Source of the DNA: Mustelus asterias
Lineage: Eukaryota
Reading direction: 5' to 3'
DNA: 64,000 bases
Assembly: GCF_964213995.1 (NCBI RefSeq)
Contig: NC_135801.1
Span: 108,252,001-108,316,000, forward strand
Shown in pieces: positions 48,390 through 60,580 of the stretch. A program made the position numbers and the translations under genes. Every line of letters begins with the position of its first letter. Position 1 is the stretch's first letter. The notes under the pieces are model-generated. The model searched no databases, had not been told where the DNA came from, and saw nothing but the letters and a program-made list of their open reading frames with translations.

Positions 48390-49600
48390 GATGATTTATG
48401 AGGGTAGGGCAGTGGATGTTGTCTACATGGACTTCAGTAAGGCCTTTGACAAGGTCCCTCATGGCAGACTGGTGCAGAAGGTGAAGTCGCAAGAGATCAG
48501 AGGTGAACTGGCAAGGTGGATAAAAACTGGCTCGGTCAAAGAAGACAGAGGGTAGCAGTGGAAGGGTGTGTTTCTGAATGGAGGGCTGTGACAAGTGGTG
48601 TTCCTCAGGGATCAGTGCTGGGAACTTTGCTGTTTGTAACATATATAAATGATTTGGAGGAAAATGTAACTGGATTGATTAGTAAGTTGGCGGATGGCAC
48701 AAAGGTTGGTGGATTTGCGGATAGCAATGAGGACCATCAGAGGATACAGCAGGATATAGATCAGTTGGAGAATTGGGCGGAGAGATGGCAGATGGAGTTT
48801 AATCCGGACAAATGTGAGGTAATGCATTTTGGAAGGTCTAATACAGATAGGAAATATACAGTAAATGGCAGAACCCTTAAGAGTATTGATAGGCAAAGGG
48901 ATCTGAGTGTCCAGGTACACACGTCACTAAAAGTGGCAATGCAGGTGGAGAAGGTAGTCAAGAAGGCATACGGCATGCTTGCCTTCATCGGCTGGGGTAT
49001 TGAGTTTAAAAATTGGCAAGTCATGTTGCAGCTTTATAGAACCTTAGTTAGGCCGCACTTCGAATATAGTGTTCAATTCTGGTAGCCACACTACCAGAAA
49101 GATGTGGAGGCTTTGGAGAGGGTACAGAAAAGATTTACCAGGATGTTGCCTGACATGGAGGGCATTAGCTATGAGGAGAGGTTGGAGAAACTTGGTTTGT
49201 TCTCACTGGAGCGACGGAGGTTGAGGGAAGACCTGATAGAAGTCTACAAGATTATGAGGGGCATGGACAGAGTGGATAGTCAGAAGCTTTTTCCCAAGGT
49301 GGAAGAGTCAATTACTAGGGGGCATAGGTTTAAGGTGCGAGGGGCAAGGTTTAAAGGAGATGTACAAGGCAGATATTTTACACAGAGAGTAGTGGGTGCC
49401 TGGAACCCATTGCTGGGGGAGGTAGTGGAAGCGGATACAGTAGTGACTTTTAAGGGGCATCTTGACAAGTACATGAATCGGAAGGGAATAGAGGGATATG
49501 GTCCCCAGAAGGGTAGGGGGTTTTAGGTAAGTCGGGCAGCATGGTCGGTGCAGGCTTGGAGGGCAGAAGGGCCTGTTCCTGTGCTGTAATTTTTTTTGTT
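48390..49600 (+). mobile_element. CR1 LINE, 5'-truncated
   Basis: ORFs 48516-49085 and 49104-49526; tail agggcctgttcctgtgctgta. Confidence 0.92.
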
Positions 49601-49939
49601 CTCGGTTTCTATCTTTTAATAAACCCCTCCAGCAACTGAACACAAAGCTGTTTTTCTCTGCTACAAACCTTGCCCGTCCCATTAACTACATCACATGAGC
49701 CTGTCTACCTAAATTCCATTCCTTTAATCTATAAAAAAAAAACACCCCGGGGGTTCTTTCTCATTTATAAACAAAACTCAATTAGCTCTAGTCTAAGTAA
49801 ACACTACAAGACTAAAATGAGTAATTATCCTGCTTTCCTGCATCTGCTGTATTCCCACTAGACATACTGATTGAATTGGAAACACTGAACTTTAAACACT
49901 CTACAGAAACATAAAATATATCAACAGCACAGCATCACA

Positions 49940-50370
49940 GTGAACCCAGTCAGTGTGGTGGCTATTAAAGTCTCCAGAATAGACAGCTGGGTGCGGTAGA
50001 ATTGGGTGGACCTGCTTGTCTCAGTTAGCGCTAGCAGCCTTGTAGGCATTTGCTATTTAGAAGCCACTATCTTTGATGATGGCAGAGTATTCAGAACAGA
50101 TGGACTGCATCGGAAATATTTGCTTGAATATATGTGGTACAGCCATGCTTAGGCTGGGCAATACAATGGCGTACCTGATTGAAACCGTCTACTTTGCACC
50201 TCCCAGCTTTATCTAATGGGAGATGTGCTTCCTTGAATGCAGATTACACTGATGGTGTACTGTTGGGTGAAGATGCCAATAGATGTCTCTTGGCTACAGA
50301 TAGTCCCACAACATTGAATTGCAGGATGTGAAGCACATGCCTAATGTTTCAAGACCCACAGGAGTTCATA
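49940..50370 (-). mobile_element. Decayed APE endonuclease N-terminus of a Vingi/I-group LINE
   Basis: Manual translation with frameshifts/stops: LHILQFNVVGLSVAKRHL...VICIQ.EAHL...KVDGF...PKHGCTTYI...IANAYK...LPHPAVYSGDFNSHHTDW. Confidence 0.7.
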
Positions 50371-51539
50371 TTACTGGCATTTTTCTTAACTCTCTGATAC
50401 TGGAATTCTTTAAGTGAAGATTTGTTGAATTCAGTTTGCTCGGAGGATCATTGGCTTACTCGCTGTAGGGCAGGTACTGGTGGTGCGAAGAGAATGATGA
50501 TCCATTGCCAGTAGGTGGTTGCGTGGGAAACCATATCCATTAGAAAATTCTAAAGTCTACTGTTCATTGAAAGACATGGCAATAAGGAACTTTATGATAC
50601 TTACTTGGGTCAATAGTGGGACAACGCGGAAAATCCAGAATGAAATGTCTTTGTGTTGAATCAGAGAAACTGGACTCCATTTCAACCTATTAACTATCAC
50701 AATCTCCACCTCCTAGACACCAAATAATTATTCTGTTCTTTGTTGATATATCTCTCATCATTCAAGGTGCATGTCTCCAAATTTACCCATGCCACCTCTC
50801 CCAATCTCTCCGAAATCCATTTCGTCATTGTTGCACCTTTAAAATTTGTGCATGTTTATCCTACTCCCCAAGAAAGAGAATATAGGGACAGAAGTAGATC
50901 ATTTAGTCCATCAAGCCTCTTTCACCATTCAATGAGCTCATGTTCAGTTTGCGATACAACTCCATATACCCTCCTTTGATCCATATCCCTGAATGACTGA
51001 ACTCATTCTGCTCTTCATATTGCTAGCCTGCTCTTGCGCCAAGGCTTAGAGAAAGCTTGAAAATCAATGACCTGAAAAGTTCTTGTCTAAAAATATTACC
51101 ATTATGTAGCCTCTCTCCAAAGCTAAATTTCATGGTTGCCCGGTTTCCTCTTGTATTGTTGCTGGTTCAATCTCTCACTTTTTCATTAGATCTGGCTCAT
51201 CAACCACTTTCGCCTCTTTCAAACCCTGAACTTGCTATGTGTCAGGCGCCTCTTCCATATGATCTATTCTTGTCGATTCTACACTCATAAATTGCTTTCA
51301 GATTGCCATTTCATTTCTCACAAAACCGAGTCTTTTCCCAGTATAGTAGCTGACCTCCTTTCCATGCCCTTTAATGGAATCATGAAAATATAATTTCTTT
51401 CAGCACCACAAATATACTTTCCTCTCAGCTTTCACAAATTAAATAACTGTCTCTTCCTACTGTTAATTGCTTACCTTGGTCCACCTTCCCATTCTTGCCT
51501 ATATTATTTCCTCTACATAAAATGGGAATCCAGTCTCCT

Positions 51540-51910
51540 TGTTTATTTAAATTGTCTGAAAGGTTACTCACCGACCCCATCCTCATCGTCACACCCCTCC
51601 TACACTCTGATTCTCCAACTTTGTTTTTCTGTGCTTCTCACACATCCTTCCCCCAACCCCAATATTAGGAATAGAGCCTTTGGCCAAAGTGGTTCTACTT
51701 TTCTATCCTCCCTACCTAAACCCTCTGCTCTCCACTTCACTGTCTTCTTTTTAAAACGTTCCCACCATGCATATTTTAATATAGCCCCTTAATCACTTCT
51801 CTTGAACTCTCTTCCTCAGCTCAGTATTTATCCCTCTTGCTTTTTTCCCTAAAATAATCTTGGAATGTTCATTATGTTGAAGGCATTATGGAAGTATACA
51901 ATATTGTTAA
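51540..51910 (+). mobile_element. Old L2-like 3' end
   Basis: agagcctttggcc...ctccctacctaaacc...ttatgttgaaggcattatggaagtatacaatattgtt. Confidence 0.4.
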
Positions 51911-52224
51911 ACAAACACAGGTTTCACAGGGAAGTGGCCCACCTCCCTGCAAGAGGTGTAACACAGGCTGTAATGATCCATCAAAAAGGCTTTCATGGTA
52001 CCTTCATGTGCTGCAGATACATGAGACAATAATGTTCTTTAAATCATAGAACCTTAGAATGGTTACAGTGCAGGAAGTCGTTATTTGACTTGTATCTATG
52101 CCAGCTCTGCAAAATCAACTAACCTAGTGCAACTCCAAAGTCTTTTCCCCATAGGCCTATGAATTTAAAAAAAAATAATTATCAAATTTTCTTATGAAAG
52201 TCTCATCTGTATCCGAGGCTCTAT

Positions 52225-52654
52225 TAATTGAGGCAGAAGGGCATAAGAGCAAGGAGGTTATGTTAAACTTGTATAAGATGTTTGTGGTTCAGCTGCGGTA
52301 TTGCAAGCGGTTCTGGATGCCACGCTTTAGGAGGGATGTGAAGGCATTGGAGAGAGAGTAGAAAAGATTCACAGGAATGGTTCCAGGGATGAAGAACTTC
52401 AGCTATGAAGACAGACTGGACAAGTTTGCATTGTTTTCCTTGGAGAAAAGAAGGCTGAGAGGCGATTTGATAGCGTTATTCAAAACCATGACAGGTCTAG
52501 ACAGAATAGATAGGGAGGAACTGTTCCCACTCATAAATGGATCAAGAACACAGAATTAAAGAAACTGGCAACAGAAGCAAAAGCAATGTGAGAATTTTTT
52601 CAGAGTCTGAAATGCACTTGCCTGAGACTGTGGTGAAGACAAGTTCAATTGAGA
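52225..52654 (+). mobile_element. Old CR1 3' fragment
   Basis: ORF 52377-52559 FSLEKRRLRGDLI. Confidence 0.75.
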
Positions 52655-53567
52655 CATAAATCATAAAATCCCTACAGTGCAGAAGGAGGCTATTCGGCCC
52701 AGCGAGTCCACACCGACCACAATCCCATCCAGACCCTATCCCCTCGACCACACATATTTACCCTGCTAGTCCTGCTGACACTATGGGGAAATTTGCCATG
52801 GCCAATCAACCTAATCTGCACATCTTTGGATTGTGGGAGAAAACCGAAAAACAAGGCGCTGGTGAGGCCGCAACTGGAGTACTGTGTGCAGTTTTGGTCC
52901 CCTCATTTGCGGAAGGATATATTGGCCTTGGAGGGAATGCAGAGAAGGTTCACCAGGTTGATACCGGAGATGAGGGGTGTAGCTTATGAGGAGAGATTGA
53001 ACAGATTGGGTCTGTACTCGGAGTTTAGAAGGCTGAGGGGTGATCTTATAGAGACATATAAGAGAATGAAGGGGCTGGATAGGGTAGAGGTAGAGAGATT
53101 CTCTCCACTTAGAAGGGAAACCAGAACTAGAGGGCACAGCCTCAAAATAAGTGGGGGCCGGTTCAGAACAGAGTTGAGGGGGAACTTCTTCTCTCAGAGG
53201 GTAGTGAATCTCTGGAATTCTCTGCCCATTGAAGTGGTGGAGGCTACCTTGTTGAATATGTTTAAATCACGGATAGATAGATTTCTGATCGATAAAGGAA
53301 TTAAGGGATATGGGGAGCAGGCGGGTAAGTGGAACTGATTTGCCTCAGATCAGCCATGATCTTGTTGAATGGTGGGGCAGGCCCGAGGGGCTAGATGGCC
53401 TACTCCTGCTCCTATTTCTTATGTTCTTATGTTCACCCAGAGGAAACCCACGCAGACACGGAGAGAACGTGCAAACTCTACACAGACAATGACCTGAAGC
53501 TGGAATTGAACCCAGGTCCCTGGTGCTGTGAGGCAGCAGTGCTAACCACTGTGCCACCATGCCGCCC
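52655..53567 (-). mobile_element. HE1 SINE split by a CR1 insertion
   Basis: aaaccg|...|cacccagaggaaaccc halves flank 52851-53433. Confidence 0.88.
52851..53433 (+). mobile_element. CR1 3' fragment (same subfamily as 62359-63607)
   Basis: ORF 52793-53338 RPQLEYC...GKWN; tail cctactcctgctcctatttcttatgttcttatgtt. Confidence 0.92.
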
Positions 53568-54017
53568 ATGATAAAAAAGGAATTAGATTGTTCTTTGAAA
53601 AGGACCAACGTGCAGGGTTGCAGGAGAATAGTGCTGGTGAATTGCTCATTCGGAGAGCTGTGCAGACACAATGGACTGAACAGCTTCCTTCTGTGCTGTA
53701 ACAATTCTGTGAACCTGTCCCACCACACTCCTTGACAGTACATTCTATAATATTCCAGGTGAGGCTGATGCAGTATTTCATACAGGTTTATTGTAAAAAA
53801 GAACAAGAACTGCTCAATATGGCAGCCTTTAATATGCCATGAGTGTAAACCTGATTGAAAAATGCTAGGAAATTGCAATGGAATGGATGAAATGACCTTG
53901 GGCCTCACGCTTGCAAGATGACAATAGTGCTGAATACACCAAATCTTCCATTTGACTTCCCACTGCTTTGTCACCAGTTTAACTTGCATACAAACATATG
54001 AAGAAGGAGCAGGAGAA

Positions 54018-54643
54018 GGCTGCATGGTGGCACAGTGGTTAGCACTGCTGCCTCTCAGTGCTAGGGACCCGGGTTCGATTCCTGGCTTGGGTCACTGTCT
54101 GTGTCGAGTTTGCACGTTCTCCCCGTGTCTGTGTGGGTTTCCTCTGGATGCTCTGGTTTCCTCCCACACTCTGAAAAACATGCTGGTTAGGTGCATTGAC
54201 CCGAACAGATGCCGGAGTGTGGCGACTAGGGGAATTTCACAGTAACGGGCGGCACGGTAGCACAGTGGTTAGCACTGCTGCTTCACAGCTCCAGGGTCCC
54301 GGGTTCGATTCCCGGCTCGGGTCACTGTCTGTGTGGAGTTTGCACATTCTCCTCGTGTCTGCGTGGGTTTCCTCCGGGTGCTCCGGTTTCCTCCCACAGT
54401 CCAAAGATGTGCGGGTTAGGTTGATTGGCCAGGTTAAAAATTGTCCCTTAGAGTCGTGGGATGCGTAGGTTAGAGGGATTAGCGGGTAAAAATATGTGGG
54501 GGGAGGGCCTGGGTGGGATTGTGGTCGGTGCAGACTCGATAGGCCGAATGGCCTCCTTCTGCACTGTAGGGTTTCTATGTTTCTATGTTCTAACTTCATT
54601 GTAGTGTTAATGTAAGCCTACTTGTGACACTAATAAATAAACT
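54018..54643 (+). mobile_element. V-SINE with alternative (non-CR1) tail, split by a young HE1
   Basis: HE1-like head and core, then ggcgactaggggaatttcacagtaac|ttcattgtagtgttaatgtaagcctacttgtgacactaataaa. Confidence 0.85.
54247..54590 (+). mobile_element. Young HE1 SINE, full length
   Basis: 4-bp TSD taac (54243-54246 / 54591-54594). Confidence 0.93.
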
Positions 54644-54649
54644 AAAAAA

Positions 54650-55820
54650 GCGCTGTTTAACCCCTTGAGCTTGCTCTGCAAATTAATAAGAACATGGCTG
54701 ATCTGATAGTAACCTCATATCTGCATCCTGCCTGCCTCTCTTTACTGTCTACAAATGGTGATACAGCTTGGCTGACATCCAAATGAACTAGGGACAGAAG
54801 TAGGCCCCTTGAGCCTGCTCCATTCAACAAGGTCACAGCAATCTGACTGTAGCCTCAACTCCACATTCTTACCTGCTCCATGGCCTATCACCCCCTTGAA
54901 TATCAAAATATATCCAGCTCTGCCTTAAAAATATTCAAAGACTCTGCTTCCATCACTTTTTCAAGAAGGGAGTTCCAAAGACTCTCACACCTCAAAGATT
55001 TTGCCTCATCTCCCTTTTAAATAGGCGACCCCTTATTTTTATATGGTGATCCCTAGCTCGAGATTCTCCCACCAAAAGGAAATATCCTCTCTACGTCCAT
55101 CCTGTAAAGACCCCTCAGGATCTTATATGTTTCAATCCAATCTCCTCTTATTGTTCTTAACTCCAGTGGATACAATCCTAATCTATCAAACCATTCCAGG
55201 TAGTAGTCTGGTAAACTTTCACTGAACTGCTTCCAATCTCTTAACTAAAGTAACCAATACAACAGTACTCCAAATGTGGTCTCAGTAGTCCCCTTTACAA
55301 CTGAAGCATAAACACCCTTCTTTAGTATCCAATTCCCCTCGCAATAAATGATAACACTCTATTAGTTTTCCCTATTATTTATTGTACCTGCATGCTAGCT
55401 TTCTGTGATTCATGCACTAGGACACCCAGATCCTTCTGCACCTTAGAGCTCTACAATCTCTCACCATTTAGATAATGTGCACCTTTTTTATTCTTTCTGT
55501 CAAAATGGACAATTTCACACATTATCCTCCATTTGTTAGATCTTTGTCCATTCACTTAACCTATTTATATTTTTGTAGCGTCCTTATGCCCTCTTCACAA
55601 CTTCCTTTCCTACCTATCTGTGCCATCAGCAAATTTGGCACTCCCCGTCAATCCCTTCATTCAAGTCATTTATATAAATTGTAAACAGCTGAGGTCCCAG
55701 CACTAGTCCCTGTGGCATACCACTCGTTGCATCTTGCCAATGTTAAGACGACTAATTTATGCCTACTCTCTACTTCCTGTTAGCCAGCCAATCTTCTATC
55801 CATGCAAATATGTTACCCTC
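54650..55820 (-). mobile_element. Older CR1 3' fragments
   Basis: Two CR1-type tails and RT remnants (PHLEYC, SVLGPQLFTIYI). Confidence 0.75.
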
Positions 55821-56759
55821 GAACTTGGACCATTGTACCATGATAAATAATTACCTGCCCAGGCTGTATAAAGTTCTCAGAGATAAATTGAAACAATTAA
55901 GGATGTAAAGTATCTAAAAAATATAGAAATAACATTCTGTTTTTGACTTCGATTGCTGCGGTTAAAATTATGGAAGAATTTCTTAACTAAAAGAAACCAA
56001 CAGCATTAATCTGTCTAAATTTTAAGTTGCAATTAAAAACCTCTGGGGAATTAATTGTGCACTCATAAATGCATCAAAAACAGGCGATCCTTTCATGATC
56101 CAAATACAACTAATGAAATACTGAAATAGCACAATACAGATCTATATTGGATTATGCTTTGGACCAATATTGGCAAATCCTGGAGATATTTCATAATTAT
56201 GCAAGATAACAAATCAGATAGAATTAGCCACCTTAGGAGACCACCTCTGCATGAACTTCATCTTTTTTAAAAAAAAAGTTCTGTCGGTGAGTGTAAAAAC
56301 ATAACTTCCAATCTTTGAGAGAAAATCAGTCCTGAAAGCATCCAAGCCTGTGTCTTCTGAAAATGGTCTGAACTATCTCCAGTTGGAGTTCTGATAGTTA
56401 AGATGGGATTGAATCATCTTTCATTGCATTGTCTATCACAACTAACATGGGAGAGTACTTCCATGACTTAGATGTCAGCATATTAATAGCACCAAGCAGG
56501 TAAAATATTCCTTCCCCCTTGTTGATGCGTAGTCCATTTACTGTTCATGGGGGAAGCAAGGGTTGTAAAGCGCAGGGCTGTGCAGTTACTTGATTGTGTT
56601 CTTCAAATCAAATAACGTTTTTGCCAAATTGCACCCCTTCCATGTATAGAGTTATAAAATCTCCAAGCAAGTAGGTCTGAAGGCAGGGAAAACCTTGTTG
56701 AGAAAAATGCCATTCAATATGGCAACATGGTGGATATGCCAGTTTTGAAATTAAAATAA

Positions 56760-57300
56760 GTTATTCTGGTCATTTTTGTATTTGCATAGGAGGAGATCAG
56801 AAGTGACCACGGAAGCTGCTGTGTTGTCATAAAAAAACTGTTAATATCTTTAGGGAAGGGGACCTGACATTCCCATACTCGACACTAAATCAAACTAACG
56901 TTCCCTCTAATTTTCCTTCAGCATTCATAGTCCATTTCCTTTTTTTGCTTTCCTCTTTCATGGGATGTGAGCATTGCTGGCAATGCCAGCATTTGTTGCC
57001 CATCCCCAATAGCTCTTGAAGTGAATGGCAAGCTAAGCCATTTCAGAGGGCAATTGAGATTCAACCACATTGCTTGATCTGGAGTCAGATGTAGGGATGT
57101 AGGTTTCCTTCCTCTGAAAAATCCATCAGTGAAACAGATGGGTTTTTACAACAATTGGCTGTGGTTGTCATGGTCAACATGAGTGAAACTAGCATTACAT
57201 TCCAGATTTATTACTGGAATTTAAATCCCACTAGCTACCGTGGTAGGATTTAAACCCATGTCTGAAATCCAGCAATATTACGATTACACCATCATGCACT
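56760..57300 (-). mobile_element. Family B LINE tail / related SINE fragments
   Basis: gggatgtgagcattgctggcaatgccagcatttgttgcccatcccc. Confidence 0.55.
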
Positions 57301-57945
57301 CCATCTGCCCTCTCTGCCCCCACCCCCATTCCCCCCCACCTCAGCAGCACTGCACAGGCCTTTTAAGAGTTCTCAGTAGTACAGATAACTGCCTCTCATT
57401 ATAAAGCTGGAAGAGTGCTTCATTTTTATTATTGCACATCATGTATAAAAAATTTAATGCAACTGAGAGAGCACAATATTGTGCGTTATACAGTGATGTA
57501 TCACTATCACGGGATCAAGAAGTTTTGCCTCAGAACTTTATATAAACTATAATGAACTTTAAGAAAAGTTTGAGATTGTTTATCAGAAAAGATTTTAGAT
57601 ATTCATTGCTTTCCCACTGCCTGCCTTCCTACAAAATTAAACTGAACAGGATACTATTTTGCCACATTCTATAGCTTTGCCAACTTCAAAAGAAAATCTG
57701 ACTCTGTCTTCATCCAAGAAAAACCCAACTTCAAACCAAGCTTTGACAATTGTTCCTGACGACAAGTTGGACATGACCCTCCCTTCTTCTGATGAAAAAG
57801 TTCAGAGATTATTTGGCTTCTAATAAAATGAAAACACAGTACTTTTGTTTTCATGTTTATCTAGAAGAATATTGTATGAGGATGTACATTTACAAATTAA
57901 ACACAGCCTTCAGTAAAATACTATTAACTGTAACTCCAGCTGTAC

Positions 57946-58084
57946 CTATATTAATAGCGGTTTCCTGCTTGTCTCCTGTCAGGATCCAAATTTTGATGTC
58001 TGCTTTGGATAATGTTTCTATGGTTTCAGGGACTTTGTCTTGTAGTCTATCTTCAATTGCTGTAGCTCCAAGCAACTGCAGATT
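57946..58084 (-). CDS. ATP8A1: ATP8A1 (P4-ATPase flippase) coding exon, 139 nt: [46 protein letters not shown](G)
   Basis: Minus strand TTTTAATAG|AATCTGCAG ... AATATAG|GTACAG; P-type ATPase TGDKQETA motif; ends phase 1 and joins the 65-nt exon in frame. Confidence 0.96.
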
Positions 58085-58329
58085 CTATTAAAATGACATG
58101 AAAAATAATTAGTAGCAGGACAAATAGATAAGCTTGTCGAAGGATTTATCTCGGAGATTACTGCATTAAGTGCAACCATATGGGTATGAGATTTTCACTT
58201 CTCAGCAAACTTGAATTCCACATTGTCGAACCCTATCTCACTAACCACTCATTTTAACCACAGTTAGCAACGCTCCCTTGTATGGCTCCACTATACTTTT
58301 TAGAAGAGAATGCCAATGTGTCCTACAAA

Positions 58330-60580
58330 TACTGTACAATATCATAACTGGCAAAAGAACCAGAGGCAACATGAAGAAAAAAAATGCAGTGAGTTATGAT
58401 GATCTAGAATGCACTGCTTGAAAGCATGGTGAAAGCAGATTCAAAAGTAAATTTCAAAATGAAATTGACAAATACTTGAAGAGCAAAATTTGCAGGGCTA
58501 TGGAGGAAGACCTGGAGACTGGAACGAATTAAGTAGCTCTTTCAAAGAGTTGGCACATGCTCGATGGGCTGAATGACTTGTTTCTGTGCTGTGCCATTCC
58601 ATAATTATATTTTCTCCAAGACCCCTTGTAATTGTTAAGAGTTCACAATCTCCACAAGTTGTGTTCTACTGAACTCCAGAGCGTGAACTTCCAAGTTTTT
58701 ACCTGGAGCTTGGCCAATCTGGTAGGAAATGTGTAAGACTGGCTTAAAATTACTTTTGAGCAGAGAAAATCAGGCTTTAATTCAAAAAAGCACACAAACA
58801 AAATCGTGAATGAAGTGGTTTCCTAGTCAAAATGTTGACCCATCTTTTCTCCTATGATAATTGTACAGCTATACATTTCTAGTAATTTACTATTTTTAAA
58901 TATTTATCATGATTCCAACCTTCGTTTGTAATTGGCCTAAATTGAGTCTGGAGAATTGATCTCTGAAAACAAGGAGATGGCAGATGAATTGAACAGGTAT
59001 TTTGCATCAGTCTTCACTATAGAGGATACAAGTAACATCCCTGAAACAGTCATAAACCAGGAAATGGAAAGAAGGGAGGAACTCAGAAAAATTAGTCACC
59101 AGAGTAGTAGTACTGAATAAATTTTTGCTGCTGCAGTTGATAAGATCCCGGGTTCTGATGCATCTCATATGAGGAACTTAAAGGAAGTGAGATCGTTGAT
59201 GCATTGGTTTTAATTTTCCAAAATTCCCTAGATTTGGGGAAATTCCATTCGATTGGAAGATAGCAAATGTAACTCCATTATTCAAAAAGAGACGGAGACA
59301 GAAAGTGGGAACCAATAGGCCAGTTAGCTTAACATTTGCCATAGGAAAAATGTTAGAAGCCATTACAGCAGGGCACGCGGATAAACTCAAGGTAATCGTG
59401 CAGAGTCAACATGGTTTTGCGAAAGTGAAATCATGTTTAACCAACTTATGTTTGAAGAAGTAACATGTGCTGTGGTTAAAGGGGAACCAGTGGATGTATT
59501 GTACTTAGATTTCCAGAAGGCAAGTGCCATATCAAAGTTTAAAGTATATTTATTAGTGTCACAAGTAGGCTTACATTAACACTGCAATGAAGTTACTGTG
59601 AAAATCCCCTAGTCGTCACACTCCGACACTTGTTCGGGTACACTTAAGGGAGAATTTAGCATGGCAATGCACCTAACCAGCACATCTTTTGGACTGTGGG
59701 AGGAAACTGGAGCATTCGGAGGAAACCCACAAAGACATGGGGAGAACGTGCAGACTCCACATTGACAGCGAACCCAAGCCTCGAATCAAACCCGGGCCCT
59801 TGTCGCTATGAGCCAGCAGTGCTAACCTCTGTGCCACCCCAGTTGTTCTGCAATAACTTTTGATTATGCAATAATCAAAAGTTACTGCAGAAAATAAAAG
59901 CTTATGTTATAGGGGATAACATTCTGGCATGGATTGAAGATTGGCTGGCTAACAGGAAGGAGAGAGTATAAATGGGTCTTTTTCAGGTTGTCAAGATGTA
60001 ATGAGTGGTGCACCACAGGGATCAATGCTGGAACCTCAACTGTTTACACAACATTACCTAAATAGCGAGTGATTGCAGAGCTCTGAGGTGCAGAGGAATC
60101 AGGGTGTCCTAGTGCAGGAATCACAAAAGGTGAGTCTGAAGACACAGCAAGTAATCAGACAAGCTAATGGAATGTTATCAATTATGGTGAGGAGAATTAA
60201 ATACAAAAGTAGGGAGGTTTTGCGGTAATTGTATAAGGCACCAGTGAGACCACGTCTGGACTACTCTGTACAGTATTGGTCATCTTAAATAAGGAAAGAT
60301 GTAAATGCATTGGAAGTAGTTCAGAGAAAGTTTACCAGATTAATACCTGTAATGGATGGGTTGCCTTATAAGGAAAGGTTTGACAGGTTAGGCTTGTATC
60401 TGCTGGAGTTTAGATGAGTAAGAGATGACTTGATTGAAGTATACAAGATCCTGATGGGTCTTGACAGGATTGATGTGGAGAGGATGTTTCCTCTTGTGGG
60501 AGAATCTAGAACTAGGGGCAGTTTAAAAATAACGGGTCACTCATTTAAGACCGAGATGAGAAGAAATCTTTTCTCTCAGA
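58330..60580 (+). mobile_element. Degenerate CR1 fragments
   Basis: DWKIANVTPLFKK, QHGF, DFQKA, RPRLDYSVQYWS remnants; separate tail at ~58330-58600. Confidence 0.8.
59534..59840 (-). mobile_element. Second copy of the alternative-tail V-SINE
   Basis: Reverse complement gtgacgactaggggattttcacagtaacttcattgcagtgttaatgtaagcctacttgtgacactaataaa plus V core. Confidence 0.85.
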
